A DNA stretch of 64,000 nt from Phycisphaerae bacterium (GTDB lineage Bacteria; Planctomycetota; Phycisphaerae; UBA1845; Fen-1342): assembly GCA_050115495.1 (NCBI GenBank), contig JASFQK010000035.1, positions 12,514 through 76,513 on the forward strand, given 5' to 3'. Below the pieces are notes generated by a model. It made no database searches, was not told the origin of the DNA, and worked only from the letters and a program-made list of their open reading frames with translations. Both the position numbers and the translations under genes were made by a program. This document shows, piece after piece, positions 58,084 through 64,000 of the stretch (its first letter is position 1; every line of letters begins with the position of its first letter).

Positions 58084-58902
58084 TTGCCTACCGCCGATCC
58101 CCCGACCCCACGCCGCCGGCGGCGCCTGACACGCCGGGCGCTCCTGCTGGGCGGCCTGGGCGCCGTCGGTGCCGGTGCGTCCGGCGCCGCGTACGCCTTC
58201 AAGATCGAGCCGCACTGGGCCTGCCTCAACCGGCTGCCCCTCGACCTGCCCCGCCTGCACCCGGACCTGCACGGCCTGCGCCTCGTGCAGCTCTCCGACC
58301 TGCACGTCTCGCACGGCCACAGCGACCAGCTCGCCGACCTCGGCCAGATCCTCGCCGGCCTGCACCCCCGCCTCGGCGTCTTCGCCGTCTTCGGCAACCA
58401 CGACTACAGCGTCTACAGCTACCAGAAACGCCCCGCCAGCCCGGGCAGAATGCGGCGCGGCAGGGACATGGCGGCCATGCTGGCCGACTTTGGCGTAACC
58501 GCGCTGCGCAACGAACGGCACGTGCTCGAAGTGGGCGGCGGCCGCCTGCAACTCGTCGGCCTCGACGACTACTGGGCCGGCCTCTGCAACCCGGAAATGG
58601 CCATGGCCGACGTCGAGCCCGATCTCCCCTGCCTCGTTCTCAGCCATAACCCCGACACGTTCGTCGAATTGAAGCAGTACCCCGGCGACTTCGTCCTCTC
58701 CGGCCACACGCACGGTGGCCAGGTGCGCATACCGCTCTTCGGCGCGCCCGTGCTGCCGATCTTCAACCGGCGCTACGACGCCGGCCTGTTCCGCGAAGGG
58801 GACAAGTGCCTGTACGTGAACCGCGGCCTCGGCTACATCCGCCGCGTGCGCTTCAACTGCCGCCCCGAAATCACCGAATTCACGCTGGTCCCGCGCGCCT
58901 GA
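58084..58902 (+). CDS. YkuE-like metallophosphoesterase with Tat signal; apparently lacks the GD motif
   Basis: TRRALL, SDLH, GNHD, LSHNPD, SGHTHGGQV; TTG start after GAGGAGG. Confidence 0.8.
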   Translation: MPTADPPTPRRRRRLTRRALLLGGLGAVGAGASGAAYAFKIEPHWACLNRLPLDLPRLHPDLHGLRLVQLSDLHVSHGHSDQLADLGQILAGLHPRLGVFAVFGNHDYSVYSYQKRPASPGRMRRGRDMAAMLADFGVTALRNERHVLEVGGGRLQLVGLDDYWAGLCNPEMAMADVEPDLPCLVLSHNPDTFVELKQYPGDFVLSGHTHGGQVRIPLFGAPVLPIFNRRYDAGLFREGDKCLYVNRGLGYIRRVRFNCRPEITEFTLVPRA

Positions 58903-60229
58903 CCGGCTCGGTGACCGCATCGTCCGCCCGACGTCCGGCCACCGCCCACAGCAGCAGCACGCCCATCACCGTCAGCGTCAGCCAGTGCGCCCCGCAGACC
59001 CGCGCCGGCTCCCACGCCCACAGCGCCATGCCCGCGAGCCATACGGTGACACCCGCCACACCCAGTCGCCGCCGGCCCGTCAGTACAACCCCGCGTGCCA
59101 TCATCACAAACAGCAGCACCGCCGGCAGCGCCCACGCCAGGTAGTACTGGCGCAGCAGCGGCGCGAAGACCATCATCGCCAGCAGGTACACCGCGAACTC
59201 AACGCGTCGCTCCGCCGGCCCGAGCCGTCCCCACGCCCGCCGCGTCCGCCAGAGCAGCCCCGCCACCAGCGCCGCCAGCACGCCGCGGGCGATCCACACG
59301 CACGTCGCCGTCTCCAGCTTCACCGGCTGCCAACTCAGCCGGCTCGGGTGCGTCGGCGACAGCAGCCGACTCAGCACCACCGGCAGCGACTGGTTATGCC
59401 GATCGACGAAGTGCTCCGCGAGTTGCTCCTCGCCCTCGACTTCATCCTCGGCCATGGACTGCGCCGGCGGCCCCTCCACGTTGTGGACCCACCACTGCTC
59501 GTGATACACCAGCGTCTGTCGCGGCCCGAACACAATCAGGCATGGCACGATCGCCACCGCCGCCACCGTCGCGACCATCGCCCCCGCCGCCCACCATCGC
59601 CGCTTGAGCACCAGCCAGACCAGCAGCAACGCCGGCAGCAGCTTCACCAGCGCCGCCAACCCGAGCCAGAATCCCGCCCGCACGTCCCGCCCGCGCTCGA
59701 GCGCTGCATACCCCAGCAGCAGCATCGCGAACACCGGCAACGTGAGCTGGTTGAACCGCGCCGCCTCGTAAACAGCGTATAACGAGACCGCCACCGCAAC
59801 GCCCAGCATCCCCCCCGCCCGCCGACCCGGCCGCAGCTCACCCACCCACCGGCTCAGCAGCCACAGCCCCACCCCCAGGCTGAGCGTCTCCATCGTCGCC
59901 CACAAACCCGCCGCCACCTTCAGCCCGCCGAACGCCACCGGCGCCAGCAGCAGCGACACCGCCGGCAGGTAGAACGGCAACTGCCGGCGTTTCAACGGCT
60001 TCGCATTGTCCAGATCAGGGTTGAGCTGTCCGTGCTCCCAGACATACCGGGCGTCCAGATGGAAATGATGAAAGTCGAACCGCTCCCGTACCGCCCGATT
60101 GAAACACAGCGCCCACACCGCGACCAGCAGCAAACCCGCCGCCAGCCACCACCCCCATCGCCTCCACCCGCCTCCCGCTTCGGGCAGGCGCGCGTCCGAA
60201 ACCGATCGGTCTGAAACACCCTCACTCAT
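58880..60229 (-). CDS. GT87/DUF2029-like membrane glycosyltransferase
   Basis: DF, PFYLPA, NQL, AGFWLGLAALVKLLP, NQSL. Confidence 0.8.
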   Translation of the reverse strand: MSEGVSDRSVSDARLPEAGGGWRRWGWWLAAGLLLVAVWALCFNRAVRERFDFHHFHLDARYVWEHGQLNPDLDNAKPLKRRQLPFYLPAVSLLLAPVAFGGLKVAAGLWATMETLSLGVGLWLLSRWVGELRPGRRAGGMLGVAVAVSLYAVYEAARFNQLTLPVFAMLLLGYAALERGRDVRAGFWLGLAALVKLLPALLLVWLVLKRRWWAAGAMVATVAAVAIVPCLIVFGPRQTLVYHEQWWVHNVEGPPAQSMAEDEVEGEEQLAEHFVDRHNQSLPVVLSRLLSPTHPSRLSWQPVKLETATCVWIARGVLAALVAGLLWRTRRAWGRLGPAERRVEFAVYLLAMMVFAPLLRQYYLAWALPAVLLFVMMARGVVLTGRRRLGVAGVTVWLAGMALWAWEPARVCGAHWLTLTVMGVLLLWAVAGRRADDAVTEPVRRAGPA

Positions 60230-60290
60230 TCGGCGGGATTCTAAACGCGCCATTCGACGCCAACAACGCGCAGCCGGCGCCAGCCGCTCA

Positions 60291-61367
60291 TCACGGCTGC
60301 AACACCTCCACCGCGCCGGCGATCTCCGCATCCGTCACGTCGCCGACCCGCACCGTCTGCCCGAGCCCCGTCAGCAGAATGAAGTGAATCGCCCCGCCAC
60401 GCACCTTCTTGTCGTGCCGGCACACGCGCACGACGTCGCCGGCGGCGAGCGGTCTCGGCAGCCGCACCGGCAAGCCCAGCCGGCCCAGTAGCGCCACACA
60501 ACGCTCCGCCGTCGCCCCGTCCAGCAGACCCCGCGCCCAAGCCACCTCGTTGGCGGCGATCATGCCCAGCCCGACGCACTCGCCATGCCGCAGCTCATAG
60601 TCGAGCAGATGCTCCAGCGCGTGGCCGATCGTGTGCCCGAAGTTCAGTATCGCCCGCAACCCATGCTCGCGCTCGTCCTCGGCGACGACCCCAGACTTGA
60701 CTGTGCAGTTTCGCGCAATGAGATCCGTCACCATGGCATCGTCACGAGCGACAATCGCGTCGACGTGCTCCTCGTGCCACAAGAAACTCTGTGAATCACG
60801 TATCAGCGAGTGCTTCACGCTTTCCGCCAACCCCGCGGCGAAATCTCGCGCCGGCAACGTGGACAGGAACTCGGTATCGATTACGACCGCCGCCGGCTGG
60901 TGGAACGCGCCGATGAGATTCTTGCCAGTGGGATGATTAATGCCCGTTTTGCCACCAACACTCGCGTCCACGGCGGCGAGCAGCGTGGTCGGCACCTGCA
61001 CGACGGGGATACCACGGAGCCACGTCGCGGCGGCGAAGCCCGCCAGATCGCCCACGACGCCGCCACCGAACGCCAGAATCACGTCGCCGCGCTCTACGTG
61101 CGCCTCGGCGAGTGCGTCGTACAGCCCGGACAGGTGTTCGAGCGACTTGGTCGCTTCGCCCGGCGGGACCATCAGGACGATCGGCTGAACCGGCAGCGCG
61201 GCGCGGAGTGCGTCGAGATGCAGGTCCGCCACGCGCTGGTCGGCGATGATCACGACCTGCTGCGGCTCGCCACACTGCTTCAGGACCGCCGGCAGTGACT
61301 CACGGGCGCGTGGTCCGATAGTGATCACGTAGCTCCGCGGGCCAAGTTGCACTGAAATGGTGCTCAT
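60291..61367 (-). CDS. aroB: 3-dehydroquinate synthase
   Basis: GEATKS, GGGVVGDLAGF, PTTLLAAVDASVGGKTGIN, LNFGHTIGHALE, HGECV. Confidence 0.97.
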   Translation of the reverse strand: MSTISVQLGPRSYVITIGPRARESLPAVLKQCGEPQQVVIIADQRVADLHLDALRAALPVQPIVLMVPPGEATKSLEHLSGLYDALAEAHVERGDVILAFGGGVVGDLAGFAAATWLRGIPVVQVPTTLLAAVDASVGGKTGINHPTGKNLIGAFHQPAAVVIDTEFLSTLPARDFAAGLAESVKHSLIRDSQSFLWHEEHVDAIVARDDAMVTDLIARNCTVKSGVVAEDEREHGLRAILNFGHTIGHALEHLLDYELRHGECVGLGMIAANEVAWARGLLDGATAERCVALLGRLGLPVRLPRPLAAGDVVRVCRHDKKVRGGAIHFILLTGLGQTVRVGDVTDAEIAGAVEVLQP

Positions 61368-61555
61368 AGTAGATCCCGAGAAAAACCGCACTGGAAGCTT
61401 GATTGTAACGTATAAGATCAAGGTACAGGCGTGGGCAGGTAGGACCTTGTAGGGCTACTGCACAACCGTGAGCGGTTTCGCCGCTTTCCGGAATTGCCTG
61501 TGAAGCTATTATAGGACTAACAGCCACCCAGAAGCGTCCGCGACGACCCGCCGAG

Positions 61556-61584
61556 TTGACGGAAATCCGACGCAACGTTATCCT
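61556..61584 (+). promoter_or_regulatory. Sigma-70 promoter of folC, probably leaderless
   Basis: TTGACG-N17-TATCCT, 8 nt before ATG 61593; no Shine-Dalgarno. Confidence 0.65.
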
Positions 61585-61592
61585 TACCCTCT

Positions 61593-63032
61593 ATGGCCCG
61601 CACATCAACCAAGCAAGCACCCGCTCGCACCAAGTCGGTTCGCCGATCTCCCACCCGGTCACGTCCGGGAACCGGGAGCAAGCGAAAGCCGGCAATCCGC
61701 ACCCTGCGGGCGGCGATGGACTTTCTGAACACACGCACCGACTACGAGAAGATGGTGCGGGTCGGTTATAATCACAGCAACTTCAACCTCTCCAGGATGT
61801 TGCGCATCCTGGCCCAGCTCGGCAACCCGCACAAGAAGCTCCGCACCGTCCACATCGCCGGCACCAAGGGCAAAGGCTCCACGGGCCACATGGTGGCAGC
61901 GATGTTGCAGAACGCCGGTTATCGGACTGGCCTCTACACCTCGCCCCACTTCATCGACATTCGCGAGCGGATCGCCATCGACGGCAAGATGGTCTCCGAG
62001 GGCGAGTTTGTTAAGCTCATCGCCCGCATCGCCCCGGTGGTCGCCAGCCTCGAGCGCGATAACCCGACCTTCTTCGAGATCATGACCGCCGCCGCGTTCA
62101 TCTACTTCGTGAACAAGAACGTGGACATCGCGGTGATCGAGACGGGGCTCGGCGGGCGGCTCGACTCAACGAACGTGATCTCGCCCGAAGTCTGCGTCAT
62201 CACCAACATCAGCTACGACCACGTGGCCCAACTGGGCAACACGCTCGAGAAGATCGCCGAGGAGAAGGCGGGCATCTTCAAGTCGGGCACGCCGATCATC
62301 GCCGCCCCGCAGCCGGAGAACGTGAAGCGGGTGTTGCGGCGGGTGGCGGAGGCGGTGAAGGCACCGATTCGCTTCCTGGGCGACGACGTCGAGTTTAGTT
62401 ATCGGTTCGAGTCGTCGCGGACGACGGGGCCGCACATTCGCGTGTGCATGGCGACGCCGACGAGCCGGTTCGATCATCTCCAGGTACCGCTGCTGGGTGA
62501 GCACCAGGCGGAGAACTGCGGCGTGGCGCTCGGCGTGATCGACGTGCTGCGGCAGAAGGGATACGACCTGCCGGAGCAGGCGGCGATCGACGGGCTGGCC
62601 AAGGTCCGGATCGAGGGGCGGCTGGAAACGATTCGCGAGCATCCGCGAACGGTGGTGGACGCGGCGCACAATGCGGCCAGCATCGCGGCCCTGATGCGCG
62701 GCATCGGGCAGAACATCGGGTACGACTCGATGGTCGTGATCTTCGGCTGCTCGCAGGACAAGGACATCGACGGCATGCTGTCGCAGATCCAGTTGGGCGC
62801 CGACAAGGTGATCTTCACCACGATCGGCAACCCGCGGGCCGCCGACCCGCACGAGCTGCACGCTCGTTTCCTGGAGAAGACGCAGAAGATGGCGCAGGTG
62901 ACCGACTCGCTGGAGGAAGCCTACCGCATCGCCCAGAGCTGCGTGACGCGCGACGACCTAATCTGCATCACCGGTTCGGTGCACCTGGTCGGCCGGGCGA
63001 AAAGCCTGCTGGCCGAGGGGCTGCTGAACTAG
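61593..63032 (+). CDS. folC: Folylpolyglutamate synthase / dihydrofolate synthase
   Basis: HIAGTKGKGST, GLYTSPH, TFFE, ETGLGGRLDSTN, DAAHN, TGS. Confidence 0.96.
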   Translation: MARTSTKQAPARTKSVRRSPTRSRPGTGSKRKPAIRTLRAAMDFLNTRTDYEKMVRVGYNHSNFNLSRMLRILAQLGNPHKKLRTVHIAGTKGKGSTGHMVAAMLQNAGYRTGLYTSPHFIDIRERIAIDGKMVSEGEFVKLIARIAPVVASLERDNPTFFEIMTAAAFIYFVNKNVDIAVIETGLGGRLDSTNVISPEVCVITNISYDHVAQLGNTLEKIAEEKAGIFKSGTPIIAAPQPENVKRVLRRVAEAVKAPIRFLGDDVEFSYRFESSRTTGPHIRVCMATPTSRFDHLQVPLLGEHQAENCGVALGVIDVLRQKGYDLPEQAAIDGLAKVRIEGRLETIREHPRTVVDAAHNAASIAALMRGIGQNIGYDSMVVIFGCSQDKDIDGMLSQIQLGADKVIFTTIGNPRAADPHELHARFLEKTQKMAQVTDSLEEAYRIAQSCVTRDDLICITGSVHLVGRAKSLLAEGLLN

Positions 63033-63111
63033 CGCATCACCCCGGCGGATTTCGGCGAACTGAGCATCCAAGCGGAAGCTCCGTGCGCACAGGACGCGCG
63101 GCGCGCCCCTC

Positions 63112-63451
63112 GGGTGCCACTGGTGGCTTGCCCACCAGTGCGCCGCGCCGCAGCGCGGCAACCAGTGTAGCGTCGCCCCCCCGTGGGCAACGTCTTTGCT
63201 CGACAACACCTCGATCGCGCATGCCCCGTCCCCCGCGCGATCCGCTCCGTAGCGTCCGGGCTCCGTACCGGACGTCTTGGTGGCGTCGGCCCCCCGTGGC
63301 CGACGTCGAACATCAGGCCGCCGCGAACCGCGAACAACGCCATAGCGTGCCACTGCTCTTGAGCAGTGCAGTCGGCGTTTCCAGCAAGCCCCAGAACCCG
63401 CCAGCAAGCGCCCGCTTACCAACCCGTAGCGGCCGACCTCCGTGTCGGCCG
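63112..63451. repeat. Mosaic REP cluster (BIME-like)
   Basis: CACTGGTGG copy 63112-63141; GTAG hairpins at 63167, 63249-63309, 63426; CACTGCTCTTGAGCAGTG at 63351. Confidence 0.88.
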
Positions 63452-63485
63452 TCGGTCTGCGAGGGACGACGTTACAGAGAGCACG

Positions 63486-63876
63486 CTACACGAAGTCGGA
63501 GCACTCACTCCGTGCGGCCCTCTCCGCGTCGGCCCTTTCATCGTAGCACCACGCCACCACGCCAAGTAGCTCGCGAAGATGGTCGTCAACGCGATGGACG
63601 ACATCGTGCAAGACACGCACGTTCACATGAGTCAGAGAGGACAGAGTCCTGTCACCACTCGCGTTGCATGGATATCGGAAGGACTGAGAGTCTGGGTCGT
63701 GCTCCTTGATCTGGTCAAAGAACCCCGTGATGTCGACTGCCTGCTGAGCTGTGAGCGGAAAGTCTGCGCCGAGCAACCTCTTCGTCTGGCTGGCAACCGA
63801 CTGCCACAGACCGATCAAGTTGTGGCTCCGTGGCCACTCCTTGCTCCCGTCCAGAGCATACGAGGCCCTCCAGGAC
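63486..63876 (-). pseudogene. 3' part of a hypothetical (possibly HEPN-like) gene interrupted by an IS
   Basis: Frame open from the IS end: ...WPRSHNLIGLW...HDPDSQSFRYP...; no ATG start before the IS boundary. Confidence 0.55.
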
Positions 63877-64000
63877 GAGCTATTGTCAAAAGTCGTTGAT
63901 GGCGTCGTGATCAGGCGGCGGCTTTCTCGGGTTTTTCTCCGTCGATGAAGCGGACGCTGGCGATCACGTCCGGCAGAAGCTTCGCGCCATTCAGCGTCCG
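63877..64000 (-). mobile_element. End of an IS256-family insertion sequence
   Basis: Minus strand 64000-63911 reads RTLNGAKLLPDVIASVRFIDGEKPEKAAA*, an IS256-type C-terminus; terminal repeat-like ...ACTTTTGACAATAGCTC ending at 63877. Confidence 0.75.

Overview
High-GC bacterial chromosomal segment. It is most consistent with Planctomycetota, probably Phycisphaerae; this is inferred from gene content, TTQPA-type low-complexity motifs and the REP repertoire. The housekeeping backbone includes uvrB, lgt, panC, mgtE, aceE, rplU, rph, rdgB, trmB, cysK, cysC, aroB, folC, Na+-coupled amino-acid transporters and two GT-C glycosyltransferases. Notable loci: (1) 20.3-36.8 kb, a c-di-GMP signalling cassette (histidine kinase, response regulator, HD-GYP, degenerate GGDEF with intact I-site, STAS) joined into one operon with an MshEN-type pilus/T2SS machine. 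Its transcription units and a distant PilZ gene share a sigma-28-like promoter motif. (2) 9.6-11.5 kb, a translationally coupled ABC-ATPase + PIN-like pair (candidate defence or toxin-antitoxin module). (3) 55.2-57.9 kb, a membrane-anchored Mrr-like nuclease + GHKL ATPase-PD-(D/E)xK nuclease pair (candidate defence islet). (4) 11.7-17.4 kb, a vWA-ExbB-ExbD-ExbD-large TPR operon with no TonB. (5) Several REP/MITE families forming mosaic clusters, one copy inside a gene in frame. (6) The end of an IS256-family element at the right edge, interrupting a gene. No rRNA, tRNA or CRISPR array was seen. Start codons were adjusted by eye from the ORF track; family calls come from motif recognition, not database searches.
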